Shown: positions 11,390 to 22,715 of the stretch, piece by piece
Layout: each line of letters begins with the position of its first letter
Numbering within the stretch: the first letter of the stretch is position 1
Assembly (NCBI GenBank): GCA_020184695.1
Contig: JAANOX010000218.1
Location: forward strand, 186,001 to 250,000
DNA length: 64,000 nucleotides
From: Histomonas meleagridis 2922-C6/04-290x
Taxonomy: Eukaryota; Protista; Parabasalia
Direction: 5' to 3'
The notes under the pieces: generated by a model
Seen by the model: the letters and a program-made list of their open reading frames with translations, nothing else
What the model was told of the DNA's origin: nothing
The model's database searches: none
Position numbers and translations under genes: made by a program

Positions 11390-12949
11390 CTATGTATCAG
11401 AAAAAATGTATTCACTAACACTTATTTCTGAATCAAATCTATCACTTTTATTATTATATTGCCCTATAAGAATATATTTCCTACTGTTAAGCTTTTGTGT
11501 ATATAATATAAATACAAAAACAAACAATGAAATAACGCCAACAATGACTACGAAGAAACCAAAAAATATGTTTGTAATAGAAGAATGAGTAGTAATATGG
11601 AAAACATGAGTTCCATCATTAATAATTTTTCTTTTTATTGGTGTTTTCCATTTAACATTATTGTTAATTGGTAATATATTAATGGTAAAAGAAGTATTTA
11701 AGGAAGAATTGAATAAATTATTATATATTACATTTTTGTAAATATCAAAACCATTTCTTTCATCTTCTTTAATTGTTATTAAATCTAATACACTTGAAAA
11801 CATACAATTACTAAAGTTGAGATAATATTTTGATTTTAATTGAGTTTTATCTCCATTACTTAAGTCATATATTGCAAAAACTTTAATGGTTTTATCACAT
11901 AGAAACAAGCAGTTATCAATTTTAAACTTTATATTTAATTCATCGTTTTCACCTGGTAAAAATCCACTTATATAACTTGGATATTTCCCTATGAGAAAAC
12001 TTTTAGGGTTATGGATGCCAACATTTTTTCTAAATATTACACAAGATATTGATATACCATTAATGTCATTTTGGTAACCAGAAAATTTATCATATTGAAT
12101 TAATGAACTATAATAATATTTCATATTCTCAAATAGAGAATATCTTACATTTGGTGCATTTATTCCATTTGATGTAAATCGAAATCCTAAAGCTAATGAT
12201 TCATTTTGTTGTTTTTTATTATCAATATTTGAAATATTTACATTTTTAATAATTGATGAAAATAAACTAAAATCAAATGCAGAAAAAACTCCATTTCCTA
12301 AATTTTCATGTCGAATATTTTTCATCAATATTTCACTAAATGAAAGTTTCATGTTTATTTTTAAAGATTCTTTATATAAATCAAAATGAATAGGATTAAA
12401 TTTCATGATAATTCCGAAAAAATATTTCCCGCCTTTTAAATTGCAATTACTTATCTTAATGTTATCAATAAAGAGTTGGGAAATATTAATATTTCCACTA
12501 AAGTTTCCCAATTTACAAGAAGATTCAATCAATATACAATTTTCAATATGCCCAATAACAAGATGATAAAGCTTATTATTTTTAAAGATAACATTAATAG
12601 CATTGATATACATAAAACAATTCATTTCTCCACATGTAGTATAAACATAATGAATTAAGTTATCTTTAAACACAATATTGGTATCCTCTAATGAACTAAA
12701 TGATTTTTTATCATTTGAAGTTAATGAAAGAAATGCATGTTTTAAAATCAACATTTCAAATTTGGAATTCCATATTTTTGCCTGATTTAATGAATTTGCA
12801 TTAATAAGAGGATTAATTAAATGAGAAACATGAATATTTAACATAGAAAATTGATATGTTTTTGATATTTTTGGTAACTGGAAAAAAGGAGATTCACCAA
12901 AATTATTTGCTAAAGCAACATATAATAGAGTAAAGTTAGATAGAAACAT
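11390..12949 (-). CDS. Putative surface/membrane protein (N-terminal signal-like segment, C-terminal TM helix, short tail)
   Basis: 519 aa ORF with true ATG; hydrophobic N-terminus; IFFGFFVVIVGVISLFVFVFILY near the C-terminus; Asn/Ile-rich. Confidence 0.65.
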   Translation of the reverse strand: MFLSNFTLLYVALANNFGESPFFQLPKISKTYQFSMLNIHVSHLINPLINANSLNQAKIWNSKFEMLILKHAFLSLTSNDKKSFSSLEDTNIVFKDNLIHYVYTTCGEMNCFMYINAINVIFKNNKLYHLVIGHIENCILIESSCKLGNFSGNINISQLFIDNIKISNCNLKGGKYFFGIIMKFNPIHFDLYKESLKINMKLSFSEILMKNIRHENLGNGVFSAFDFSLFSSIIKNVNISNIDNKKQQNESLALGFRFTSNGINAPNVRYSLFENMKYYYSSLIQYDKFSGYQNDINGISISCVIFRKNVGIHNPKSFLIGKYPSYISGFLPGENDELNIKFKIDNCLFLCDKTIKVFAIYDLSNGDKTQLKSKYYLNFSNCMFSSVLDLITIKEDERNGFDIYKNVIYNNLFNSSLNTSFTINILPINNNVKWKTPIKRKIINDGTHVFHITTHSSITNIFFGFFVVIVGVISLFVFVFILYTQKLNSRKYILIGQYNNKSDRFDSEISVSEYIFSDT

Positions 12950-13650
12950 GATAATTCCCTTGAATTGTTTTTTTCGTTCAATACTTAAAATCTTTTATAA
13001 AAGGCTGTAAAAAATAATTTATATAAATAAAAAAATGATATAAAAAAGACTTAAATTATATAAATATAAAAATGTTTTATTTATTCTGTGAAACATATAA
13101 AATAAGGTACAAAACAAGGGCACAATGACGACACTTTTTTCATCAAGAAAACAAAGTGTAATTCAATGAATTTATCCAAAAAGTAGAAAAATAATTTATG
13201 ATATCTTTTACGAAATGTGGTGATTTTCATTTGTTATTGGTTACCAAAATTGTAAGAATTAGAATTTATATTATTACCTTTTTCACTAAGCAATTGGGCT
13301 ATTTCTGTTTAACCCGATCTTTTTGCAACATACCTTGATGTTTGAAATTACCAAAATAAATATTTTAGTGTTTGCTGAACCAATAAATGCACGTTTTCTT
13401 TATTTAAACTGATAAAAATTTCTCAAGTTTGTAAAATAAGGAATGTTTTATCGGCACATTGACCCACCCTGTTCATGGTTGGAATAAGGAAAAGGAGAAA
13501 TAGCGTTTATATGAACTCTCCTGTTATCAGGACCGTGTTTTCCATTTTTAGGGAGCAGTTTAGTATTAAAAATAGTGAAAAATCAAAAGCAAAGAAAAGA
13601 TCGAATATTCGATCTACTAAATTATTAAAATAGAATAGAATCAATTGGAT

Positions 13651-14097
13651 TTACTGTTGTGAGCGGATTTCTTTGGCAATAAGGTCGAGTTGCTTTTGAC
13701 CCTTTGGTGTGATAACACGGCCACCTTTTTCATCCTTCTTAACATAACCAATTTCTTCTAATTGTTTAAGCATAGTGCGAACAACTTTACCACTTGCTTG
13801 AGCAAAGTGTCTTGGAGCAGAACCATAATTCTTGTTTCCACCGAATTTGTTACGGAGATATTGAACACTTGTGCCTGGGTGAAGGTATACAGTGCGAGCA
13901 ACAGCAGCTGTACGTGTGTACCACCAGTTGATTAAGCATGGTGGCATTTGCTTAAGATGACCAGTTTTGACTAAATCGGCCCATTTTGGTGCTTCTACAA
14001 GGTGATTTGTTTCAAGGTATTTAGAAAGTGCTTCGATGAAGGTGTTAGCTGCGACGTCACGAACATTAACTGCTTTGATATTGCCAGCGCCAATCAT
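13651..14097 (-). CDS. RPS19: 40S ribosomal protein S19 (eS19)
   Basis: Motifs VRDV, PKWADLVKTG, WWYTRTAAVAR, HFAQASGKVVR and GRVITPKGQKQLD. Confidence 0.95.
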   Translation of the reverse strand: MIGAGNIKAVNVRDVAANTFIEALSKYLETNHLVEAPKWADLVKTGHLKQMPPCLINWWYTRTAAVARTVYLHPGTSVQYLRNKFGGNKNYGSAPRHFAQASGKVVRTMLKQLEEIGYVKKDEKGGRVITPKGQKQLDLIAKEIRSQQ

Positions 14098-14103
14098 TTG
14101 ATA

Positions 14104-14108
14104 AAAGG
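14104..14108 (-). promoter_or_regulatory. M5 core-promoter motif CCTTT
   Basis: CCTTTTATCAAATG precedes RPS19; M5 is typical of trichomonad ribosomal-protein genes. Confidence 0.6.
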
Positions 14109-14445
14109 GGAGGCCAAACAGAGTCTGTGAATTCCGATGTGAGAGGAAAATGCTTTAATTTTCAAGTTGAAATCTAGTTTTGTTAAAATTATTAGAATGT
14201 TTAGAAATAAGACTTCGATCTGACAACAATATTATCACTCAACATGATATTTATTAAATTATTGTAATTCATTTAAATTTATTTCTTTTTTGTTATATAT
14301 TCTGAATATTATTTTGCAGTTGATAAAAAAATGTTTGACATTAAACTATATGAAGTTAGAAAGAAACAGACAAGTAAAAAAAACATGTTTTTTCTGAGGC
14401 ATAACGATAGAAACCGCAAATTTATCGTACTGGAATATTTATCAA

Positions 14446-14450
14446 TCATT
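14446..14450 (+). promoter_or_regulatory. Inr TCATT
   Basis: TCATTGAATG immediately precedes the ATG at 14453. Confidence 0.55.
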
Positions 14451-14452
14451 GA

Positions 14453-17400
14453 ATGGAAGAATTAATTACGACTCTGGTAGGATACACAAAAATAGAGTAC
14501 TTACACCCCACCGAACAAATATTAATGACTTCATTAGTTTATTTTGAAGAACTACTACCAGATAAATATGATGATTCATTATTTGAAAAATATGAAAAAG
14601 TTCTTCTACAACTCTTTATGATAAATAAGGGTAATTTAAGTTGCTCATGTTCCACACGAATAGGAAGTTGTTTATTAGCACTTTATCAAAAAACAGATCC
14701 ACCAAAAATCTGGAATTTAATTACTATGGTTGTTTCACATCCAAACCCGTCAATCATTTATGCCACTGGTTATATTGTTGATAAAATTGGCGTACATGTC
14801 AAATCAATGATTCCAGGTTTAGTCCAAAAACTTCTTGGCATGACAAAAGATTTAATGTATCCATCCACGTATGCACTTTGCCAATGTTTTAAGCGGGATC
14901 ATAAAGGCCTTCAAAGTTATCTAAAGAAATCTCTCTCATATGCCAAGAAAGGATTTCACACACAAAAGAATGAATCCCTTAAACTCATTTCACTCAAACT
15001 TTATCGTACACTTCGTAAATGTGACAATTATCCGAGCAAGCAAATCTTAACAATTATTTTTGACCAAATGAAAAATCCGGAAACTGTACTTATATATGAC
15101 CAATGTAGTTACACCGCCTCCAAAATCATCGCCACACCAATAATTAATCTTCCAACAGATGATTCCGCAGAGTCAGACTTCGGCATCCACAAAAACACTA
15201 AAGCGGAGAGCGCAGTGGACAAAGCGCTGCGATCTTCGTTTGCGATATTCAGAGAACATTCGGAATATTTCCCGTCACTTTTGTACCATTTCCTCAATTT
15301 ACTGAACCCACAGATCATATGCAAAAAGTTGCCGCTTCTATTCAAACTTGTCAGAACCGTTTCGCAAGAGGAAGTCTATCAACTGATGTCACTTTTCGGG
15401 CCTGATGTGAAAAAAGAACTTTTCAGCGTCGTTTCGAAGGAGAATCCGCCGAGTGGCGCTCAGTTAAGTTTGTTGATGGACTTAAACTATGACTTTTCAG
15501 CTGTCCGTGAATTGGCGGCTTTAGCATTACAATTATCATCTGCATCACATTTAGCTTCACGAAAAGCGGCATCGAACTTCTTTAAGAAACTCGCAGAAAA
15601 ATACCCAGAACATGCATCGCTATATTTGGAAACATCAATGTTATATTTGGCGACACCACCAGAAGATAATCCAACAATTGAACAAGACTTACGTGGATTT
15701 TCATTGATTGCTTCAAGTATATTAGCCGGGTCGCGATCTCCGAACTTTATGGCGAACAAAGTTGCGAAGAATATTTCAATATTTTTGGATAAGGCATTAG
15801 GCATCAAAAATGTCTTTAACACATACACTGCGTCTGCGTTTAAGGTGATGACATATTTGCCGAGTTATATGATCAAAAAGGATTTAGTGGCAAATGTGAT
15901 ATCCCAATTTACCAAATCCATACAAGGGATGGATCTGAACGCGCTTATTGACGGCAAATCGAAGCAAATCATCAAAAGGTTGTCCACGTCGATCTGTACC
16001 TTTTTATCAGTTCATAATAATAATTCGGAATATTCGAAGTTTTCGCAAATGTTTGTGAAACTTTCGTATTCTCCATTTATCCGTTCGAAGAAGTTGATCA
16101 TTGCCATCATTAAGGCGACTCCGAAGATCATTTCGAAGAAGGAAATTAAGTATTTAATTAGTGAGCAATTAATTAATAACTTCAATTCCATTCGTCCGCG
16201 TAAAGACTTCATACGGAATTACATTAAATATCCGATGAGTGAAGTCCATCAATTAATTAAAATCAATGCTTTTCGATTCGAACGATTTGGTCGTAGTACG
16301 CAATTTGCGGAGAAATTAATTTCTATATTTCCAGATTTTGTTGAAACTTTTCCTAATGACACATTAAATTTATTCATTAATAATCAATTACGTAACTTCC
16401 ATAATTTGATATTATTATTTTCATTAATAGTATCAATGTCATATAAAACATATGAAAAAGTATCATATGAAAACATTGAATATATCTTTCGGCAAATGAA
16501 AGAAGACAATGGGTTATTTGTTAATCAATTAATTGCAGAATGTATTGGTAAATGGAGTAAAGTTCATACAGATAAAATCGACAATATATTAATGTTAGCT
16601 AATTCTATTGATCTTAAGTCGAAATGTTTAATATATTCTTCATTATTTTCATTATTAAAAATAGCAAATAATTCATTGATCGATATGATGCATGAATTAA
16701 ATAACATCGCAATAAATTCACCATATTGTAGACCTTATGTATTTCATGCATTATCTTCGTTATATAGTTCTTATCCAGTTGATTTAGGCGCAATGAAAGT
16801 GACTGATATCCAATGTCAAATTATATTTAATATGATAAATTCAAATGATCATTTCCCAAATGCACTTGAATTATTATCATTATCAAATGCATTTGTTAAA
16901 TTATTACCTATTTTAACACCTCAAATCCAAGATATTCATTCAAGTATTATAGTTTTAATGAAATTAATATTCCAATGTTTTAAGTTAATTACTATGCCTT
17001 TTTCAAAACATATTATGTATAAAACAATGAAATATATTTTCGCATTTGCTAAAGATTTAATTGATGAAAAAGAATTAAATGTAATCGAATTCCCTTCAAG
17101 TAATTGTTCACCAATATTACAAACATTTGCTTGTGGTGCATTTTCTTATATGTTACATGTGAATAAATCGAAAAAAGATTATTTCGATTTAATTCCTCGA
17201 TTATTTATCTTGTTACAAAAAACTAATGAAAAAGATGTAAATGATTTTATAATATCAATTTCTAAACAATTCTTAAATAATTTTAATAATGATAATGATC
17301 GTAATAAACTTATCGAATGGATACAAATAATTAAAACAATTTTGTCAGTAAATAAATTACCATTAATAGGTCAACAAATTATAGAATCAAGTGATAAAGT

Positions 17401-19168
17401 AAAACTTTGTATTCTTCAAGTAACAAATTTAATTATTCCAGTTTTGGCTGGTGCTAAACCTTTGTTAAATGAATCATTGGATGATATAATGACTTCAATT
17501 ACAAGAACAACTGAAACTAAAGTCAATATATTAATGGAAAGTGTATTCCAATCATTTTCTTTAATCATTGATAACTTTAAAGATTTTACTACTGATTGTG
17601 GTACTAAACTTTTGGAACTTTATGAACCACAATTCTCTATAGCAACAAGAATTGCATTTCAAATCGATTTAACTTATAGTTGTCATTTCATTATAAAATA
17701 TTTGAACTTCCAAATGGATAATAATAATTTCGAGAATATTTATAAGGGATTCATCGAAGAATTATCGAAATGTAATCAATTAAATCCTTCATATTTCGAA
17801 GTGGTTTCTTATATGTGCGTTTTAGCACGTGAAAATGTGAATTTGATTAAATATGTAAAAGAATTCGGTAAAGATTTCATTCCACAAATTTGTGAAATTG
17901 TTTCAATATCTATGGCTTTATGGAAAGGTGATCCAGATTATAATGAAACTGCAGAATATCGATTGAATTATTCCGATTTTTATGCGAATATGATTGTCTC
18001 TTTAATATGGTTACAATATATCTTTGATGTTAATATATTGGATAAGGATTTGATTTTGGAATTCTATTTGGATGAAATGAAAAACTCGAAGGAATATTGG
18101 AGAGTTTCTGCTGCTTTTGATGCTATTTCTACTCTTTTCACTTGTTATAAAGATGATGTTCCTAAGGAGAAAATTAATGAGGCTATAAATATTGCGCAAA
18201 AAGCTAAAGATATTTCTCCAAAATTATCACAAGTGATTCTTCCTAGGTTTTTGCAATCTTGTACTTTGGTTTTAGAAGGTGATAAGCCTTCAGAATCAAA
18301 TTGGAATCAATTGTTCTCATTCGCGATTTCTTCAAAATTTAATTTGAAATCATTCGCGTCACTTTTGTTTGATGGGAGTATAGAAAATTTGAAAGAAAAT
18401 TTACACAAAATATTTGAAATGATTACAAACGCTTTTGAAAACAATACGATCAACAAAAATGAATGCATCGCTTTCTTCACAATTCTATTTGAAAAATCAA
18501 ACGAAATTACGGTTGAATTATTGAGACTAATCACGGGGCACTCCAGCAAACCGATGACTCCTCTCAAATTTGACTTATATAGAAAAGCATTGAAAAGATG
18601 TAATCTAAAAAATGATAAAGATATTTTAGAATTAATATCATTGTTCCTTTGGATTAATTTCAAGAAAGGAGGTATGAATGTAATAGCACAAACTTTAATC
18701 GATAACAAAGAAATTGGAATTGATATATTTACATACAAAAATTTTGCTTATATTTTAGAACTTTGTATGAATGATAGTATTAACTGTGCTGTTTATTTGC
18801 AATTTTCAACTTTCGGGTTCCAAATCTATAAACAATCAGATTCTAAAAATGATCTTTTTGAATCAGCTGTTTCAAACGTCGCATTAAAATCTTTGGTGCA
18901 ATGGGGAAATGACGTCCAAAAAGGACCTGAGATTGTTTCCAACTCTATAAATTTGATTTTGTTAATCGATAAGGAAATCGTTCGCAAAAACTTTTCGGAG
19001 TTTTCGGCAAATGAACAAAAATCATTTGTCGAAGTTGTAAAGAAACAAATCACAAAAATGGAAACAAGGAACAAAGTAAGGTCACTAAAGACATTCTCAC
19101 AGAACACAAGGAGAAACAGAGAAGATGATTTGGAATGGCAGTCATTGGATGATGATTTCGATGATTAA
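14453..19168 (+). CDS. Large HEAT/ARM-repeat protein (possibly HEATR5/Laa1-like)
   Basis: 1571 aa all-helical ORF with acidic WQSLDDDFDD C-terminus. The HEATR5 resemblance is weak and from memory only. Confidence 0.7.
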   Translation: MEELITTLVGYTKIEYLHPTEQILMTSLVYFEELLPDKYDDSLFEKYEKVLLQLFMINKGNLSCSCSTRIGSCLLALYQKTDPPKIWNLITMVVSHPNPSIIYATGYIVDKIGVHVKSMIPGLVQKLLGMTKDLMYPSTYALCQCFKRDHKGLQSYLKKSLSYAKKGFHTQKNESLKLISLKLYRTLRKCDNYPSKQILTIIFDQMKNPETVLIYDQCSYTASKIIATPIINLPTDDSAESDFGIHKNTKAESAVDKALRSSFAIFREHSEYFPSLLYHFLNLLNPQIICKKLPLLFKLVRTVSQEEVYQLMSLFGPDVKKELFSVVSKENPPSGAQLSLLMDLNYDFSAVRELAALALQLSSASHLASRKAASNFFKKLAEKYPEHASLYLETSMLYLATPPEDNPTIEQDLRGFSLIASSILAGSRSPNFMANKVAKNISIFLDKALGIKNVFNTYTASAFKVMTYLPSYMIKKDLVANVISQFTKSIQGMDLNALIDGKSKQIIKRLSTSICTFLSVHNNNSEYSKFSQMFVKLSYSPFIRSKKLIIAIIKATPKIISKKEIKYLISEQLINNFNSIRPRKDFIRNYIKYPMSEVHQLIKINAFRFERFGRSTQFAEKLISIFPDFVETFPNDTLNLFINNQLRNFHNLILLFSLIVSMSYKTYEKVSYENIEYIFRQMKEDNGLFVNQLIAECIGKWSKVHTDKIDNILMLANSIDLKSKCLIYSSLFSLLKIANNSLIDMMHELNNIAINSPYCRPYVFHALSSLYSSYPVDLGAMKVTDIQCQIIFNMINSNDHFPNALELLSLSNAFVKLLPILTPQIQDIHSSIIVLMKLIFQCFKLITMPFSKHIMYKTMKYIFAFAKDLIDEKELNVIEFPSSNCSPILQTFACGAFSYMLHVNKSKKDYFDLIPRLFILLQKTNEKDVNDFIISISKQFLNNFNNDNDRNKLIEWIQIIKTILSVNKLPLIGQQIIESSDKVKLCILQVTNLIIPVLAGAKPLLNESLDDIMTSITRTTETKVNILMESVFQSFSLIIDNFKDFTTDCGTKLLELYEPQFSIATRIAFQIDLTYSCHFIIKYLNFQMDNNNFENIYKGFIEELSKCNQLNPSYFEVVSYMCVLARENVNLIKYVKEFGKDFIPQICEIVSISMALWKGDPDYNETAEYRLNYSDFYANMIVSLIWLQYIFDVNILDKDLILEFYLDEMKNSKEYWRVSAAFDAISTLFTCYKDDVPKEKINEAINIAQKAKDISPKLSQVILPRFLQSCTLVLEGDKPSESNWNQLFSFAISSKFNLKSFASLLFDGSIENLKENLHKIFEMITNAFENNTINKNECIAFFTILFEKSNEITVELLRLITGHSSKPMTPLKFDLYRKALKRCNLKNDKDILELISLFLWINFKKGGMNVIAQTLIDNKEIGIDIFTYKNFAYILELCMNDSINCAVYLQFSTFGFQIYKQSDSKNDLFESAVSNVALKSLVQWGNDVQKGPEIVSNSINLILLIDKEIVRKNFSEFSANEQKSFVEVVKKQITKMETRNKVRSLKTFSQNTRRNREDDLEWQSLDDDFDD

Positions 19169-19390
19169 GTATTAAATAAACGCTTTTTTTCTTTTGTTAT
19201 TTCTTTGAAATTACTAACGAAAATGTTCGAATGATTGTAAACAATTATTTTTGGAGAAAATGGGACAAAAAATTCGAGTTGATCATTTAAAATTATAATT
19301 CCATCCAAATTGAAACACAGTTATTGTTGTATAATTATCTTCAAAAATAGAAAATAATAAAAGTGAACTAAAAAAAAATATTTTATTTAT

Positions 19391-20029
19391 TTATGCGTTG
19401 ACAGAATTAAGGTAATCGCGAAGTTCATTTGCACATGCTTTTGTAATATACCGTCCTTCAATAATAACTTCTGGTCCAAGAGTAAGCTGCGGAATATGTT
19501 TTTGAAGAATTCGTAGAACTGACTGCAATTCTTCTGGTGTGCGCAAATGTTCAATTCTTTGTTGAAGTGTTTCAATTCGTTTTTGCCCTGTTTGTGGTGG
19601 AATCTTTGACGATGCCAGTGACAAATCATTTGACGATAGAGGATCTAAATTTGGATCGGGTAATGTTTCAAATTTAATAATCATTGCCTTGAATATATAA
19701 TTAATTTTACTAATCAGTTTTTTAACTTTCATGTAATTCTCTTCCTCTGGTGATCTTGGGATGTTATATATCTTGTTGGTAAACCATTGACTTAATTCTT
19801 CAAGAATCAATTTTTTAACATTTGTTTGATCTGGCTTAGGTTCAAGAAGTAATCTAACATCAAGATAAAAGTCAAATAATGATGCATAATTGTTGGATTG
19901 AAGTTTTTGTTGAATAATAGAAGGTGATATCTCTTGATCATTATCATCATCACTTAGAAATTTCGCCATTGGTCGATCAATGAGCTTTTGGAATAATTTT
20001 ATTGATTGATTTTGTAAGTATGTATTCAT
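19391..20029 (-). CDS. Divergent bromodomain plus ET-like domain protein
   Basis: KLIDRPMAKF...IIQQKLQSNNYASLFDFYLDVRLLL (bromodomain-like, lacking the usual PMDL); C-terminal helical ET-like segment. Confidence 0.6.
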   Translation of the reverse strand: MNTYLQNQSIKLFQKLIDRPMAKFLSDDDNDQEISPSIIQQKLQSNNYASLFDFYLDVRLLLEPKPDQTNVKKLILEELSQWFTNKIYNIPRSPEEENYMKVKKLISKINYIFKAMIIKFETLPDPNLDPLSSNDLSLASSKIPPQTGQKRIETLQQRIEHLRTPEELQSVLRILQKHIPQLTLGPEVIIEGRYITKACANELRDYLNSVNA

Positions 20030-20237
20030 TTTTTTTTTTTTTGATTTCAGTTTAATAATCTTGTTGGGTTGGATTTATATATATAAATATATTTTGAACT
20101 TTTTTCTACCTATATTTTTTGTGACTCAGTTGCTTAGAGCATCGAAAGAAACATCCGTGGTTCAGATCTCTGCAGAGTGATTTTTTTATTTTCCTTCAAA
20201 TTAAAGGAGAAAAGTGATATAAAATATACTTTAACCA

Positions 20238-21158
20238 ATGCCAAAGGATTCTGAACTTCTAGATTATGAATGTTTACGAGGAACTACTATCGAAAGCTGT
20301 GACAAAAACTTTTATCTTATAGTATTACTTGTTGTTCAAATAATTGTTTCAGCTATTTTAATTTATTTTTTAACAACATATGCAAGAAATTTCTTTCTTA
20401 ATTCAACAAAAGCAAACAAAAAGCTGGTGTTTTTGGTTTTACCAGGATTATTTTATTCTATTGCCAGCGGCCTTCTTTGTTTTTTTCCATATTATGATCC
20501 TGGAGTTCTCTATTTGTTTTCAGCTAGTTCTATTCTAAAATGTTATGCATATCTTGTTGCCACTGATCAAGTTATTTTTCTCATACGTCTAGCACATTCA
20601 CGATTCTCAGAAATTTTACGATTTCTCATGTTCTTTCTTGTTGTTATTAACATTGCTTACTTCTTTCTCATTATCTTTCAAATCTTCGGCCTGCTTGGTA
20701 AACTTCACAGAGTTTTTTTCCAATTTGCCTCTATTGTAATAGAGAATACTTCAATCACATTATATACCTTTACATGCATCTATGGATTTGTTCTTTCGGA
20801 ACAAATCGAATGGATACTTTCTCCAAAATATTTTCGGGTGATGAAATATGTGATTTTTACCAATACAATTTTATGTTTTTTCGGAATTGTTTTAAATGTT
20901 TTAGATGATTTTGGTCAAACCGAAACAATATTTAATGTTTTCTTTGTGCTAAACGACTTAAGTATTAAGTTTCGTCGACACGTAACACTCGGTGTGACTT
21001 TGCTCAAAACGTTTTTGTTTGGTAATGTTCCGGTGTTAATAACTGTTCTGTCAATGCTTTTCATGAAGCCAGGTGATGAAAATACTGAAGACCTAAAGAA
21101 TTCTTCGAACTCAGATCCTGATGTGGAACAAACCATTTTGCATGAAAAAATAATTTAA
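20238..21158 (+). CDS. Multi-pass membrane protein (about 7 TM)
   Basis: 306 aa with repeated long hydrophobic segments and a polar C-terminal tail. Confidence 0.7.
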   Translation: MPKDSELLDYECLRGTTIESCDKNFYLIVLLVVQIIVSAILIYFLTTYARNFFLNSTKANKKLVFLVLPGLFYSIASGLLCFFPYYDPGVLYLFSASSILKCYAYLVATDQVIFLIRLAHSRFSEILRFLMFFLVVINIAYFFLIIFQIFGLLGKLHRVFFQFASIVIENTSITLYTFTCIYGFVLSEQIEWILSPKYFRVMKYVIFTNTILCFFGIVLNVLDDFGQTETIFNVFFVLNDLSIKFRRHVTLGVTLLKTFLFGNVPVLITVLSMLFMKPGDENTEDLKNSSNSDPDVEQTILHEKII

Positions 21159-21518
21159 GAATGTTTTGGTATAGCTACGGTAAGAAAAATCAAATTTGTA
21201 ATATGTTACTAGACATATTACACAACGACTATATAAATATTTATCATTTTTTATTATTTTCGTTTAGGGTGCCCTAAAAGTGCAAAGAACGTTAATGCAT
21301 CGAAAGTTAAAATAAATGCAAAAATATTATCGTTGTATTGAAAGTTCTATCGTGTTCAGTCGTCGGACTCTCGTTCGGAAGCATTCTATGGAATTAAAAG
21401 TGATGATAAAAATTCAAAATGAGTGGGAAATAATTATTTTTATCAAACAGAAAATTTTTTGTTTAAACATAGGTTTAGATTTTCAAAATTTGGGTGGGGC
21501 ATTAACTATTACCTTTAA

Positions 21519-22154
21519 ATCAAGTATTTCGCGTCCAATATTAAAGGCGGATTTAGTGCAATTAATTTCATCACATCGAATGCAAATCATTTGAATAATG
21601 CACAAATCAATGCAACAAATAGAATATACACATCAACTTCTAATAACATCACTTTTAATGGAAATAATTCCATTACTGTACATGAAACTAAAGGAGATGA
21701 CTTCTTATTACCAAACGATGTACAACTTATGTTTAATCCATACGTATATTCACCAACTAAAATTGTGATGAATCCTCAAGATGGTGTAACACAGCCAAGG
21801 TCATTGATATTGTATATAGAAGAATATGGATTTTTGTTCACTCATCAAATATATCCAAAATACTTTGATTTTCGATTCTTTGATCAAAATCATTACCAAG
21901 GAAATGCAACACTTGGATTTGATTTTGTCTGTAATTGGGAAAATGTACAAAACTTTAAATTGGATATTCGCATTACAGATGAAAACAAGGAATATCTCGA
22001 CTTGAGTGGAATTCCAAAAAACATTAATTATACAATAGGAAATGATAAATTATTTGAATTGAATCCTGGCTCAAGTAGATATGGAATCAAAATTGGTATG
22101 AAATCTTATACTATCATCGCATTCATCATGGCAGTTATGACTTTCCTAATTTAG
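21519..22154 (+). pseudogene. 3' fragment of a surface protein with C-terminal hydrophobic anchor
   Basis: Frame is open from 21519 (after TAA at 21516) but has no ATG near its start; an upstream ORF in another frame suggests a frameshift; ends YTIIAFIMAVMTFLI. Confidence 0.5.
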
Positions 22155-22481
22155 TAAATTCTGGAATTAATTTATTTCTTTTGAGGTGAAGTCATCTTGG
22201 TACGATAGGATGACAAATGTAATTCAAAAAGTTTAAGCAATTCAGAGGAAGAAACTGTTTCTTCTTGAATTCCAGTGTTCGAGTACAAGAAGAACGTGAG
22301 AAGCGCCTCGGACAACATTTCACTGATTATAAAAATCGTAAACATCCAGGCAACGCAAATCTATAGATTGTGGCCATTTAAGAAAATAAAAAATCTACCG
22401 GTAATTTGACTTAGTTTGTTTCACTAATTTTTTTTTTTTTTGAAAAATCTGTCTTGGGGTAAGAATGAAAATTTCGTGGGC

Positions 22482-22564
22482 TTAAGGAGAAGCTGTAGAA
22501 GAAAGATAAGTATCACATTTTTTGTTTGCATACATAAGTGCCGTTTGAAATGTTATTTTGAAAC
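22482..22564 (-). pseudogene. Terminal ankyrin cassette remnant with one intact 17-nt element
   Basis: GTTTCAAAATAACATTT (17 nt, 22548-22564) directly followed by Q-T-A-L-M-Y-A...stop. Confidence 0.55.
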
Positions 22565-22715
22565 TTCATATTGTTTCTTGTAGCATACAATTCATTGCAA
22601 TGTTTAACGTTAAACTCAAAGATGTTTATATAAAATATAATTTTAAAAGAACTGTTCTTTAACTCAATTATATCAGAAGTGAAAGTATTTATAATATTTA
22701 AAATATAATTGTTTA

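Noticed and set aside
12990-13080. Another ankyrin spacer (17-mer ATTTATATAAATTATTT before TTT ACA GCC)
   Set aside because: Preceding units are 19-21 nt, there is no GGA and the downstream peptide is not ankyrin-like; could be chance in very AT-rich DNA.
13450-13560. GC-richer intergenic island resembling SRP RNA helix 8 (TCAGGACC...GGGAGCAG) or a snoRNA
   Set aside because: Spacing does not fit the GNRA-capped helix and I could not build a full fold; an Infernal/Rfam search would settle it.
20121-20180. tRNA gene (GTGACTCAGTTGCTTAGAGCATC ... GTGGTTCAGATC)
   Set aside because: A-box-like and B-box-like segments are present, but the anticodon arm is too short and there is no acceptor stem; at most a decayed tRNA fragment.
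21495-21520. A 17-nt element explaining the frameshift in the surface-protein fragment
   Set aside because: A 17-nt removal would restore frame, but no RTWT...TT unit fits; a simple 1-nt indel is equally sufficient.
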